Positions 15,767-24,625 of a stretch of 64,000 nucleotides of DNA are shown one piece after another. The notes beneath the pieces are model-generated. The model searched no databases and had not been told where the DNA came from. It saw nothing but the letters and a program-made list of their open reading frames with translations. This DNA is from Phycisphaerales bacterium (GTDB lineage Bacteria; Planctomycetota; Phycisphaerae; Phycisphaerales; UBA1924). Made by a program: the position numbers and the translations under genes. The stretch covers positions 433,458-497,457 of the forward strand of contig JAJDDO010000024.1 of the NCBI GenBank assembly GCA_029260265.1, in the 5' to 3' direction. The number at the start of each line of letters is the position of its first letter. Positions within the stretch are counted from its first letter, which is position 1.

Positions 15767-17844
15767 TTGCTGGTGGTCGAATCAAATCGAACCTCAGACC
15801 AGTCGTATGCCCAAATGTGATCGGAGAGCTCGGTGGCATCCTGAATTTGGGCGAGGATGGTGGTCATCTGGCGGATGGTATCGAGCCCGCCGGTAGCGTT
15901 GATGCCGTTGTCGGCGAGTGCTTTGGCTCCAGAGGTCGCTCGCCCCTTGCCCCGCAGCTGCGGGTTGCTTTCGGGGTTGCCTGGGTTGGGCGTGAGTAGC
16001 GTCTGGTCCACGCTCATGGTTGATCGGGCGTCGCTGAGGGCGGCTGATGATCGGTTGAGATAGACAGGCCCCAATCCGGCGGCGATCGAATCGCCGATTG
16101 ATCGACGCTGAGCCTCGGTCTGCGATCGAGGCACCTCGTGGGCGTTGATCGCGAGAATCGTGCGGTGCCCGCCCTGGTCCCAGGTGACCGCTGAGACCGC
16201 CCCGCCCAGATCGCCTGGCTCGATCGTGACGAGCCCACGCAGAACGATGGTGCCTGATTCGGCATGACCCCACGCCAGCCTTGACGCCGCGATTTCTCGC
16301 GCGATATCGGTCAGCTTGGTGTCGTTCAGCTCGATCGGTGACTCGTCGCCATCGGGCCACAGCATCACGCGGCGAAGAAATGGGAGATTGATTTTGATGG
16401 TGTCCGGATCATCGATCGCGTCGGTGATTTCTTGAGCCGTCAGCGTTCGCACGCTGAGCGTGCCAGCGTTATCGACACCCTCAAAGGCGGTGACAAAGTA
16501 GTCGATCTCAAAATCACCGGTGTTGGATTCGTACGCGAAGGTCACGGCGAGCTCGTCGCCGACGAGCATTCGCGTGTCGCTCTTGCGACCCATCGGTTGC
16601 CCATTGACGCGGGTGTACACTGCGTCAATGGGCAGTATGAACACGCCCGCGCCAGTCACACCTTGCACGCCGTCGATTCGTACGGCGGGATCGGTGTCGA
16701 TCGCGGGAACATTGAGCAGCTGCTCGCTGCCGGTGTCCACACAACACTTGGCCTCAATCACGCCAGGCGAACCGGCGAAGGGCAACAGATCGCCGCTGGT
16801 GATCTCGCTGGGAATATTGACGAGCGCGTTGGCGGTGGCGAAGTCATCGAAGGTGAGCCCCACCGCGCGAAACAGTTGTGCGAGGCCCTTGGCACCGGAC
16901 GGCGATAGATCCGCACCGGTGATGCCCGATCGGAAAGTGTCGATATCCTCGGGGCCTGGCTCGTCGGGATAGAGCACATCGTAATCAAGCTGCGTGAGCC
17001 ACGCGTTGGTGCGATCGTCGAAGTGCACCCAGATCAGCGGGTTTGCGCTGGCGAATGAGCGGGCGGTCACCATGGTGGTGCGTGTTGCGCCGCTTGTGAT
17101 CACGATGGTGCTGCCTCGGATCGATGGCGCGACGGTCAGCTCGTATGGCTCGGCGATTGCCGCGATCGCGGGATCGATCACAAACGGCTGCCCCGCACGA
17201 TGCAGTCGAACGGTGGAGAGGGTGCCGTCGAGGCGTTGAACCAAGGTCCAGCCGATCCGGGTGAGCAATGCGTCGGCCTCGGTGACCGATCGCGCGTTGC
17301 CCCAATCAAGCGGCCCAGGGGCGATGACAGTTTGGCCGTCGATCGTTGTGTTGATTTCATCGCCCGCCGGGGTGAACGGCATCCCGATCGCGGTCATCGC
17401 GTTGAACACGAGGTTTTTGATGCTGCGATAGTCGGCGGCTTCGGTATCGACGAGCCCGTTCTCGTCGAGCTCATTGAGCGTGCCCTCTTTGATCAGCCCG
17501 CCGCGTCCATCACGCATGGTGCGGATCTGGGTTTCGAGCAGCAGCTGCAACCCGTGGGCGATCGGCGGATTGGTCGTGCCGATCTCGGTGCCAAAGTCGC
17601 CGGGGACAATGTTTTTGATCTTGTATCCGGCAGCGACCAGTTTTTCGTTCGATCCGCCATCTGGATTGAGCGTTATGGTGATCAGGTTGTCGATATCCCA
17701 TGCCGCTGGCCAGTCGTCCTTGCGGATCACGACGACCGCGCTGTCGCCACCGATGCCAATGGACCGCGTGATGGGTCCGGCGAGAATGCCGCGCACGGAA
17801 TCGACATCCGGTGTGCCTTCGGGCAGGATGCTCTGGATCATCAC
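15709..17844 (-). CDS. Large hypothetical protein (711 aa), no recognisable domain; possibly a mobile-element or phage-derived structural protein
   Basis: Long ORF with normal GC and a GTG/ATG start at 17844/17841. It is rich in T/G/D/I with beta-like segments, and has no signal peptide or TM. The phage-like suggestion rests only on context and composition. Confidence 0.6.
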   Translation of the reverse strand: MMIQSILPEGTPDVDSVRGILAGPITRSIGIGGDSAVVVIRKDDWPAAWDIDNLITITLNPDGGSNEKLVAAGYKIKNIVPGDFGTEIGTTNPPIAHGLQLLLETQIRTMRDGRGGLIKEGTLNELDENGLVDTEAADYRSIKNLVFNAMTAIGMPFTPAGDEINTTIDGQTVIAPGPLDWGNARSVTEADALLTRIGWTLVQRLDGTLSTVRLHRAGQPFVIDPAIAAIAEPYELTVAPSIRGSTIVITSGATRTTMVTARSFASANPLIWVHFDDRTNAWLTQLDYDVLYPDEPGPEDIDTFRSGITGADLSPSGAKGLAQLFRAVGLTFDDFATANALVNIPSEITSGDLLPFAGSPGVIEAKCCVDTGSEQLLNVPAIDTDPAVRIDGVQGVTGAGVFILPIDAVYTRVNGQPMGRKSDTRMLVGDELAVTFAYESNTGDFEIDYFVTAFEGVDNAGTLSVRTLTAQEITDAIDDPDTIKINLPFLRRVMLWPDGDESPIELNDTKLTDIAREIAASRLAWGHAESGTIVLRGLVTIEPGDLGGAVSAVTWDQGGHRTILAINAHEVPRSQTEAQRRSIGDSIAAGLGPVYLNRSSAALSDARSTMSVDQTLLTPNPGNPESNPQLRGKGRATSGAKALADNGINATGGLDTIRQMTTILAQIQDATELSDHIWAYDWSEVRFDSTTSKWFPPGHLEQATPTASRSI

Positions 17845-18167
17845 ACTGTTTGCAGGTGGCGGGCGAGGTATCGGAGGATATGAACCTTGGGCTCTCGCTC
17901 GCTCTGGTCAGCGGGTGCGTGCTCAATATCCCAAGAATGATCAATGAGGGCGCGCTCGTTGAGCCCGCAGTCCAGTACACCGATGAGGTCGTTGACGCGA
18001 TCCTTCGGATTTTCAGAAGCGCCGACTAATCGGCAACCAGTTTCATAAGAGGGCCGGGACTGTATGGATGCTTCGCGCGTGTGCCACCGCGAGGCTGCGC
18101 GATCGGTGCGCGTGCATTGATCTCGTAAACATCGGCACTGGGTTCTTTGTACAACCCACAGGAGGAA

Positions 18168-18989
18168 ATGAAAATTAACAAGATCGCAACACGCTCGCTC
18201 TTGGCGGCCCTCGCCATCACCGCCATGCCCGCATCGGCGGATACGGTATCGGTCCAGATCGAGAACACGATGGACTCGGACAGTTTTTTCTTTACGCCGT
18301 TCTGGGTCGGTGTGCACAACGGCGGATTTGATTCGTACAACGGAGGCGAGCTCTCGTCCAACTTCCCGGGGCTCGTCTCGCTGGCCGAAGTCGGGAACAC
18401 CGCACCGATCTCCGATGCGTTTTCAGCAAGCGCTGCGGGTCTCGCGGGTGGTGCACAATCCACCGCGGCTGCGGTCGCCTTTGAGGGCGATGCCCCCGTG
18501 TTCTCGCCGGGGGAGTCGACCGTTTTCAACCTGGATATCGGGGATCCCACGGTGAATCGATACTTCTCTTACGCCTCGATGGTTGTGCCGAGCAATGATC
18601 TGTTTGTTGCCAACGGCAACCCGTTCGCGCATATGTTGTTTGATGCCGGCGGAAACTTTACAGGACCGGTTGTCATTGAAGTTTATGGGCGTGATGTCAA
18701 CGACAACGGCACCGAGTTCAACTCCGCCGTCAACGATGCAGCCTTCTCGACCAATGACGGGCAGGCGATCCCTGAGACACAACTCATCCGCAACCTGTTC
18801 ACCAACTCGAGCGATCCGGATTATCTCGATTCGTTCATTGGTTCGACCACCGCCAACGGCGCGACCATCGGTTCCGCGTTCGGTGCCAATGACCTCATCG
18901 CTCGGATCACCATCAACTCTGTCCCCGCTCCGGGCTCTGCTGCACTGTTTGGGGCGATTGGGCTTCTGGGTATGCGTCGGCGTCGATAA
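18168..18989 (+). CDS. Spondin_N-like secreted protein with PEP-CTERM sorting tail
   Basis: ATG at 18168 after AGGAGG. Signal peptide MKINKIATRSLLAALAITAMPASA. FFFTPFWVGVHNGGFDSYNGG and YFSYASMVVPSNDLFVANG match the spondin N-domain pattern (memory-based). The C-terminus VPAPGSAALFGAIGLLGMRRRR is PEP-CTERM-type. Confidence 0.75.
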   Translation: MKINKIATRSLLAALAITAMPASADTVSVQIENTMDSDSFFFTPFWVGVHNGGFDSYNGGELSSNFPGLVSLAEVGNTAPISDAFSASAAGLAGGAQSTAAAVAFEGDAPVFSPGESTVFNLDIGDPTVNRYFSYASMVVPSNDLFVANGNPFAHMLFDAGGNFTGPVVIEVYGRDVNDNGTEFNSAVNDAAFSTNDGQAIPETQLIRNLFTNSSDPDYLDSFIGSTTANGATIGSAFGANDLIARITINSVPAPGSAALFGAIGLLGMRRRR

Positions 18990-19029
18990 GCAGTGGTTTT
19001 CATGCTGGCTCCCGGCATGATCTCCTCTC

Positions 19030-19060
19030 AAGAACCCGGATGCGTGTGCTCCGGGTTCTT
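19030..19060 (+). terminator. Strong hairpin after the spondin-like gene (possible terminator, no U-tract)
   Basis: AAGAACCCGGA-tgcgtgtgc-TCCGGGTTCTT, an 11-bp perfect stem. It is followed by GCAATT rather than a T-run. Confidence 0.4.
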
Positions 19061-19086
19061 GCAATTCCAGGGCGATAGAATCCCGC

Positions 19087-19890
19087 ATGAAGATCGCCCT
19101 CATACTCCCCGCTGCCGGTTCATCTACGCGATACGCAGAGTCCGATGCCCTTCTTGGTTCATCGCGTTCGAAGCTCGACGAGGACCTCGGCGGGCGCCCC
19201 GTGCTCCAGCGCACCGTCGAACTCTTCAATACCCGAGCAGAGGTTGATACCATCATTGTGGCCGGACCAAATGACCCGGAAAAATTTGCTGATTTTTCAT
19301 TGCGCCACCAGGACCGGCTCTCTCTGCTCGGCGCCAAGCTCATCCAAGGCGGCGCAATCGAACGATACGAAACCGTTCAACGCGCACTCGCCCATGTCCC
19401 CGAATCATGCACACACATCGCGGTGCATGATGCTGCCCGTCCGGGCGCGACGCAGGGATTAATTGATCGTGTATTCGATGCCGCTTCTCGATACGCTGCG
19501 GTTGTTCCGGCGATCCCGGTTGCGGACACGATCAAACGCATCGACCCGATACCCATCGAAGATCCCGGTGGCGACCCGCTCGCCTCCATCCTCGGCGGCG
19601 GATCAGATGCCCCGATGCATCGGGTCATGGATACCCTGGTGCGGTCCGGATTGATGCAGGTACAAACGCCTCAGGTCTTTGAGCGTGAACTGCTCGTACG
19701 GGCGTATGGGCAAGACGATCTTTCGAGCACGGACGACGCGGGCTTAGTCGAACGCCTGGGCGAGCCGGTCATCGTCGTGCAGGGCGACGAGCGCAACCTC
19801 AAGATCACCCGCCCGGGTGATACCGAGATTCTCCGCGTCCTCCTTGGGTTCTCCAAGCCATCCCAACGAGCAACAAACAAGAAGTTTTGA
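19087..19890 (+). CDS. ispD: 2-C-methyl-D-erythritol 4-phosphate cytidylyltransferase
   Basis: MKIALILPAAGSSTRY (P-loop-like PAAGxGxR), VHDAARP and QTPQVF motifs. 267 aa. Confidence 0.88.
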   Translation: MKIALILPAAGSSTRYAESDALLGSSRSKLDEDLGGRPVLQRTVELFNTRAEVDTIIVAGPNDPEKFADFSLRHQDRLSLLGAKLIQGGAIERYETVQRALAHVPESCTHIAVHDAARPGATQGLIDRVFDAASRYAAVVPAIPVADTIKRIDPIPIEDPGGDPLASILGGGSDAPMHRVMDTLVRSGLMQVQTPQVFERELLVRAYGQDDLSSTDDAGLVERLGEPVIVVQGDERNLKITRPGDTEILRVLLGFSKPSQRATNKKF

Positions 19891-19905
19891 GCGTGTGCTC
19901 CGCAT

Positions 19906-20517
19906 TCAGTACCGTCGGATCACACCCTGCACAATGCCCTGAATCTGGCAGAACTTCACGCGGATGGGCGAGAAATCGGGGTTCGCGGGCTGGAGCCGGA
20001 TGTGGTCGGCTTCCTTATAGAAGGTCTTGAGTGTGGTCGAGCCGTCCTCGAGCAGGGCGACGACCCGATCGCCGTTGTTGGCGACCTGTGCACGCCGAAG
20101 CAGGACGAGATCACCATCGAGGATCCCCTCGTCGCGCATCGATTCGCCTTCGACCTGTAGGGCGAAGGTTGATCCGGTATCGCCGGCGGTGCCGAGGAAC
20201 TCGACAAGATCGATCTCATCGGTGTCGGCGACCTTCTCGATCGGGTAACCCGCAGCGATGCGTCCGACGAGCGGGAACTTGAGCGGGCGGGCTTCGTCGG
20301 GGACCGCGATGCCCTCAGCAATCGACAAAGAGCGAGCCTTGTTCGCTTCGCGAACGAGTGCGCCCTTTTTGATGAGTGCCTCGACATGCTCGAAGACCGT
20401 GACCTTGCTGACGCCAATTTCGTCCGCCAGTTCTTGCATCGTCGGGGAATAGCCCCGGCGTACGCGAGAGTCGCGGATGAGCTGCAAAATACGGAGTTGT
20501 TTGGGTGTGAGGTTCAT
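19906..20517 (-). CDS. lexA: LexA repressor
   Basis: MNLTPKQLRILQLIRDS...GYSPTMQELADEIGVSKVTVFEHVEALIKKG (wHTH), cleavage site RIAAG/YP, and the Ser/Lys dyad regions VEGESMRD and TLKTFYKE. ATG 20517 is preferred over 20526 because GAAAGG lies 8 nt upstream. Confidence 0.93.
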   Translation of the reverse strand: MNLTPKQLRILQLIRDSRVRRGYSPTMQELADEIGVSKVTVFEHVEALIKKGALVREANKARSLSIAEGIAVPDEARPLKFPLVGRIAAGYPIEKVADTDEIDLVEFLGTAGDTGSTFALQVEGESMRDEGILDGDLVLLRRAQVANNGDRVVALLEDGSTTLKTFYKEADHIRLQPANPDFSPIRVKFCQIQGIVQGVIRRY

Positions 20518-20617
20518 TGATCTCATCCTTTCGCTTGGGCGTGATGCCCTGTGCGTATGATCGCGAGACCGATTCGATGCGAATCACCCCCGCGCTCTTG
20601 TGAAGTGGGCGTCCCGA

Positions 20618-20645
20618 GTTGCACAGCGAACCAATCGCTTGTGCA
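20618..20645. promoter_or_regulatory. Imperfect palindrome about 100 nt upstream of lexA (candidate operator)
   Basis: TTGCACAGCGA-accaa-TCGCTTGTGCAA, 11/12-nt arms with a one-nt bulge. It lies in the 594-nt gap between dprA and lexA. Confidence 0.3.
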
Positions 20646-21111
20646 AGCCGATCACGCTGACCGAAGTATTGTTTTTCTATCAGGCTCAGCATCCCGAGCA
20701 GCTCGAGCCTTGTCGCCGATGCTTTAGTGTTCTTTGTGCGTGTTCGGCGGATCAGCCCACCGATTCTCGAACGATCGTCCCCGTAGTCGGCAACAAAGTC
20801 GCCCCCGGGTCCGAGTCTCAATATCGCGTTGCTTTGCTTGGTCATGATGCGGCTCACTAAACTTCCAACTTCCAATCCCCGCCGGAGAGTACCGGACGGT
20901 TGTTTGGGTTTGATCGGGTATCCGATCTGAAAATGTTGAGCGATATATGCCATCTGTTTGGTCAACGATACCCAATCATGACCCGATCGACCATCAATTC
21001 CCCCAAAATATCCCGATCATCGCCCATCATTCATCCAGAATCAGGATTTGTTTCCCACAAAATCGATGCGCAGATGCTGCTTGATGTGCATTCGTGCCTC
21101 AGATTCAAGGG

Positions 21112-22428
21112 TTATCGGGCCCGGCGGAACCGGCTGCCCGCGCGTTGGACACGCCCGGAGATCTCCAGCATGGTCAGCTTGGCCCGCACCTCGCCGGGCG
21201 TCAGCCCGAGCGATTCGCTCAGTTCGTCGCCCGTGCGGGGTTCGCCCAGTGCTTCGAGGATCGCTCGATCCACGGGATCGTCCACGCCCGCGAAGAGCTT
21301 TCCTGGTCCTGAATCGGGGGTCGGCGACGAAGCAGGATGGGGTTGACAGGTCGGAGAATCAAACACCGATGGGCGGGCCGGGTCCGCGCAGATCGCGTGG
21401 TGGGTGCCTTCGTAGAGATGCCGGGCGCTGCGTTCAAGGATGGCGAGCACATCACCGGGCTCGGTGACGAGGTGGGCACCATCTCGCAGCAGATCGTTGG
21501 TCCCGGCGCTGCTTGGTGAATCGACCCTGCCGGGAACGCCCATGACTTCGCGCCCGTGCTCTTCGTTGGCGTGCCTCGCGGTGATCAGTGCGCCCGATCC
21601 ACGCCCGGCCTCGATGACGATCACGCCCAGGCTCATCCCAGAGATGATCCGATTTCGCGCCGGAAAGTTCTTCGGCGTGGGTGCGGTGTCTACCGGCAAC
21701 TCGGAAACGATCGAGCCACCACGCTCAACGATCTCATCGAACAAGGCTGCGTTCTCGGGCGGGTAGACATGCCCAAGCCCGCACCCGAGCACGACGCTGG
21801 TTGATGCATCGGCGGCCAAGGCGCCCCGATGGGCTGCGGTGTCGATGCCGCGTGCCCCGCCGGACACGATGCTCAGCCCTGCGCTGCCCAAGGCGCCCGC
21901 AAAGCGGGATGCTTGCTCTGAGCCGTAAAGCGTGCATCTTCTGCTGCCGACAATCGAGATTGTGTACCGGTCTCGCCCTTCGGGCAAGAGCCGTCCTCGA
22001 ACACTCAAGACCGGCGGAGCGCCGATGAGTTCACGCAGCAGCGGGGGATAATCGGGATCAAAGATGGTCACCACCCGTGCGTGGGCTTTGGAGAGTTTGG
22101 CGAGTTCTTCATCGACGCGTGGGTTGACCGTACCCAGATCGCGCGCGATTTGGGATGCCTTGGTGCGTCCGATCCCTCGGACACCCGAGAGCCGATCGGC
22201 CGATGCACCGAGCACCGCATCGGGCGAGCCAAATCGTTCGAGCAAGCGAGCGATCAAGATCGGGCCCAGATTGGGCACGAGGGTCAGGGCGAGCAGTTGC
22301 CGGCATCGGCGATCATCTGAAATCGGGGTGTGATCGCTCGGTGCACGCAACGGACTGTCTCCAGGGGCTTGATTATGAATCGGGTTGATTGATGGGCGCA
22401 TAGCGCCGGCGTTTGGTGGTTTCGTCAT
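21112..22428 (-). CDS. dprA: DNA-processing protein DprA (Smf)
   Basis: SAM-like N-domain (LVPNLGPILIARLLERFGSP), Rossmann-like core IVGSRRCTLYG...SGGARGIDTAAHRGAL...PARNRIISG, and a C-terminal wHTH-like DML1 domain. An alternative start is at 22401. Confidence 0.9.
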   Translation of the reverse strand: MTKPPNAGAMRPSINPIHNQAPGDSPLRAPSDHTPISDDRRCRQLLALTLVPNLGPILIARLLERFGSPDAVLGASADRLSGVRGIGRTKASQIARDLGTVNPRVDEELAKLSKAHARVVTIFDPDYPPLLRELIGAPPVLSVRGRLLPEGRDRYTISIVGSRRCTLYGSEQASRFAGALGSAGLSIVSGGARGIDTAAHRGALAADASTSVVLGCGLGHVYPPENAALFDEIVERGGSIVSELPVDTAPTPKNFPARNRIISGMSLGVIVIEAGRGSGALITARHANEEHGREVMGVPGRVDSPSSAGTNDLLRDGAHLVTEPGDVLAILERSARHLYEGTHHAICADPARPSVFDSPTCQPHPASSPTPDSGPGKLFAGVDDPVDRAILEALGEPRTGDELSESLGLTPGEVRAKLTMLEISGRVQRAGSRFRRAR

Positions 22429-22813
22429 GCGCGAGCAGCCTTGCCATCACGCGGATGGGTCGATCGGTCTGCACCGGGGTGCTGACTTGTTTTTCGACGA
22501 TGATCATCGGATAGAGCAGCGATGGGTCAGGTCGGCGGATGGTGATGAAGACATCAACCCCTTGAGCAGTGCGCTCTTGTTGGTCGTACACGAAACTCCA
22601 TCCCGGGTTGGGTGCCTGCATGACCAGGATGTGAACCTCGCCGGAGTCGTCGACGCGGATCGGGGGCGCTTCTTGGATTCTGGCGGCCATATCTGGGCCT
22701 CGACGACGCTGCTTGAGGCAGCCGCCCAGCCCGAGGCAGATCCCGCCAGTGATAGCTAGGCAGATTGAAAGACGGAGAAAGGCGTGTGCCCGGTGCGGAT
22801 TGGCAATGTTCAT
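22373..22813 (-). CDS. Putative lipoprotein
   Basis: The internal ATG at 22813 gives MNIANPHRAHAFLRLSICLAITGGICLGLGGC with a lipobox LGGC. The 3' end overlaps the dprA start by 29-56 nt. Confidence 0.55.
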   Translation of the reverse strand: MNIANPHRAHAFLRLSICLAITGGICLGLGGCLKQRRRGPDMAARIQEAPPIRVDDSGEVHILVMQAPNPGWSFVYDQQERTAQGVDVFITIRRPDPSLLYPMIIVEKQVSTPVQTDRPIRVMARLLAHDETTKRRRYAPINQPDS

Positions 22814-22948
22814 CGCTGATGCTCCCCAAGAGATCAAGGATCTGGAATCAAACAAGCAAACAAAGTACGCGAATGCGTGTTCGTTTATTGTATGGGGTTG
22901 TGGGCGGTTTCGCAACACCTGAGGGGGCTGATTCTTCGTTCGGAGATC

Positions 22949-23245
22949 TTATATATAGAGATCAAGCACCCGCCCGGTCGCCGGCACATTGAGTTGGTGG
23001 CGGACATCGGTCACCGCTCGCGTGCGAGGCTCGGGCTCGACAGGCAAGACCTCGCCGAGTTTGGGGAGAAGCCCCGACGAATGGGAATTGGGAGCAGCAG
23101 GGCTGGCAGTTGGCTCAAAGGTGTCGACCGGTTCGATGCGCGCGATCTGATTCTGGCCCTGAAGCATCCTTGCGAACGGGACCGATCCGGGGGGGGCGTG
23201 GAAGACCCGGCGCACCGTATTGGGCGCAACCCGATCAATGGGCAT
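22949..23245 (-). CDS. Small Pro/Ala-rich hypothetical protein
   Basis: ATG at 23245 gives MPIDRVAPNTVRR...PATGRVLDLYI (98 aa). Chosen among three overlapping frames because its N- and C-terminal motifs are shared with ORF 62319-62822. Weak call. Confidence 0.35.
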   Translation of the reverse strand: MPIDRVAPNTVRRVFHAPPGSVPFARMLQGQNQIARIEPVDTFEPTASPAAPNSHSSGLLPKLGEVLPVEPEPRTRAVTDVRHQLNVPATGRVLDLYI

Positions 23246-23432
23246 GATGAGGTGCGGGTTGGGGATCGGTGCGATGGACACACCAAAGGAGGTGCAGGAA
23301 CGGTGCCGACACCTCGGCGTCCGGTAAAGAGCCGGGTAGAGGCTTGTTTGCAATGATCCGCACACGGCTTGGATCCGGTTATGCGGGCATGGTGCGTTGG
23401 TGCAGCGTCCGATGGTGCGTACGATCCACGCG

Positions 23433-24593
23433 ATGCGGACAGATGACCTGGACTTTGTGCTCCCCTCCGAGTTGATCGCGACCACCCCCGCGCCCACACG
23501 GGAATCATCGCGTCTGCTTGTGGTTCAGCGGTCCAATCCTGAACGCATCGAGCACCGTGTTTTCGCCGATCTTCCAGGATTGCTTGAGCCGAACGATCTG
23601 CTGGTGATGAATCGCTCGTCGGTTGTGCCCGCCCGGCTGCAGGGGGTGAATGTGGAAACCGGGGGCAAGCTGAGCGGGTTGTATTTGATGGATGAACCGG
23701 CGGCAGCGACTGATTCTCGTGCTTGTTGTGGAGCGGGGGGGCTTCGATGGGTGGTGCTGCTGCGCACCAAGCGCGCTCGCCCGGGAAGACGAGTGATGCT
23801 CTTGGGTCCGGATCACCAAGACAGCGGGATTGTCATCGAGATGATCGAGAAGGCAGAACGCCACGGGCCCGGAGCGTGGGTGGTGGGTGTTGAGGATCAG
23901 CACCATCGAGGATCCGAGCTTGATACGCTTGGTGTGCTAGATCGAGCAGGGTCGACGCCGTTGCCGCCGTACATTGTGCACGAGCGCAAAATCCGTTGCG
24001 AATCACACACCGAACAGTCTGATCGCGATCGGTACCAGACGGTGTTCGCAGATCCAGCCGAGACCGGATCGGTTGCGGCTCCGACCGCGGGGCTTCATTT
24101 CAATGAATCGGTCTTCGCCGGGCTTCGTTCGCGATCTGTACGAACAAGCGAGGTGGTGCTGCATGTCGGCGCGGGGACTTTTAAGCCTGTGGAGACCGAG
24201 ACTCTCGAGGAGCATCCGATGCACGCCGAGTGGTGTGGTCTTGGTCCGAGCGGCGCGTGCTTTGCGGGCGGCAAACCCGCGGGCACGCGGGTGATCGCGG
24301 TTGGCTCGACCAGTGCGCGAACGCTTGAGAGCTTTGCGGGTGTTGATCAGCCCTATCCGGATCAGCTCAGCACCCGAATTTTGATCTCGCCTGGGTACCG
24401 TTGGCGGTGGGTTGATGGGATGGTGACCAACTTTCACCTCCCGCGATCGACCCTGCTTGCGATGGTTGCTTCGCTGCTTGAGATCCCTGGCCGGGTCGAT
24501 GGGGTGGAGCGTGTGCAGGAGATCTACCGGGTAGCGATCGAAGAGCGTTATCGTTTCTATAGTTTCGGCGATGCGATGCTGATCTTGCCCTAG
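23433..24593 (+). CDS. queA: S-adenosylmethionine:tRNA ribosyltransferase-isomerase
   Basis: MRTDDLDFVLPSELIATTPAPTRESSRLLVV, TPLPPYI, YQTVFA, GSVAAPTAGLHF and VGAGTFKP match QueA blocks. Start set at the internal ATG 23433. Confidence 0.9.
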   Translation: MRTDDLDFVLPSELIATTPAPTRESSRLLVVQRSNPERIEHRVFADLPGLLEPNDLLVMNRSSVVPARLQGVNVETGGKLSGLYLMDEPAAATDSRACCGAGGLRWVVLLRTKRARPGRRVMLLGPDHQDSGIVIEMIEKAERHGPGAWVVGVEDQHHRGSELDTLGVLDRAGSTPLPPYIVHERKIRCESHTEQSDRDRYQTVFADPAETGSVAAPTAGLHFNESVFAGLRSRSVRTSEVVLHVGAGTFKPVETETLEEHPMHAEWCGLGPSGACFAGGKPAGTRVIAVGSTSARTLESFAGVDQPYPDQLSTRILISPGYRWRWVDGMVTNFHLPRSTLLAMVASLLEIPGRVDGVERVQEIYRVAIEERYRFYSFGDAMLILP

Positions 24594-24625
24594 CGATTTG
24601 TACGCCCAGATCGGCGATTTCGTCG

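Noticed and set aside
17841-18317. 158-aa minus-strand ORF ending in a TGATG overlap with the 711-aa gene start
   Set aside because: Its last ~65 codons contain no ATG/GTG/TTG. Any usable start would lie inside the divergent spondin-like gene or its promoter, and the N-terminal part is Arg/Cys-rich junk. It is treated as a possible truncated remnant, not a gene.
20315-20965. 216-aa minus-strand ORF upstream of and overlapping lexA
   Set aside because: It has no stop codon before running about 200 nt into the well-defined lexA N-terminus in another frame. It may contain a degraded or very short real gene but cannot be called as is. It is kept only as part of the lexA-gap finding.
22877-23508. 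Competing ORFs 22877-23356 (+) and 23011-23508 (-) in the queA upstream region
   Set aside because: Both are Arg/Gly/Pro-rich with no motifs. Only the 22949-23245 frame has any support (shared motifs with 62319-62822), and even that is weak.
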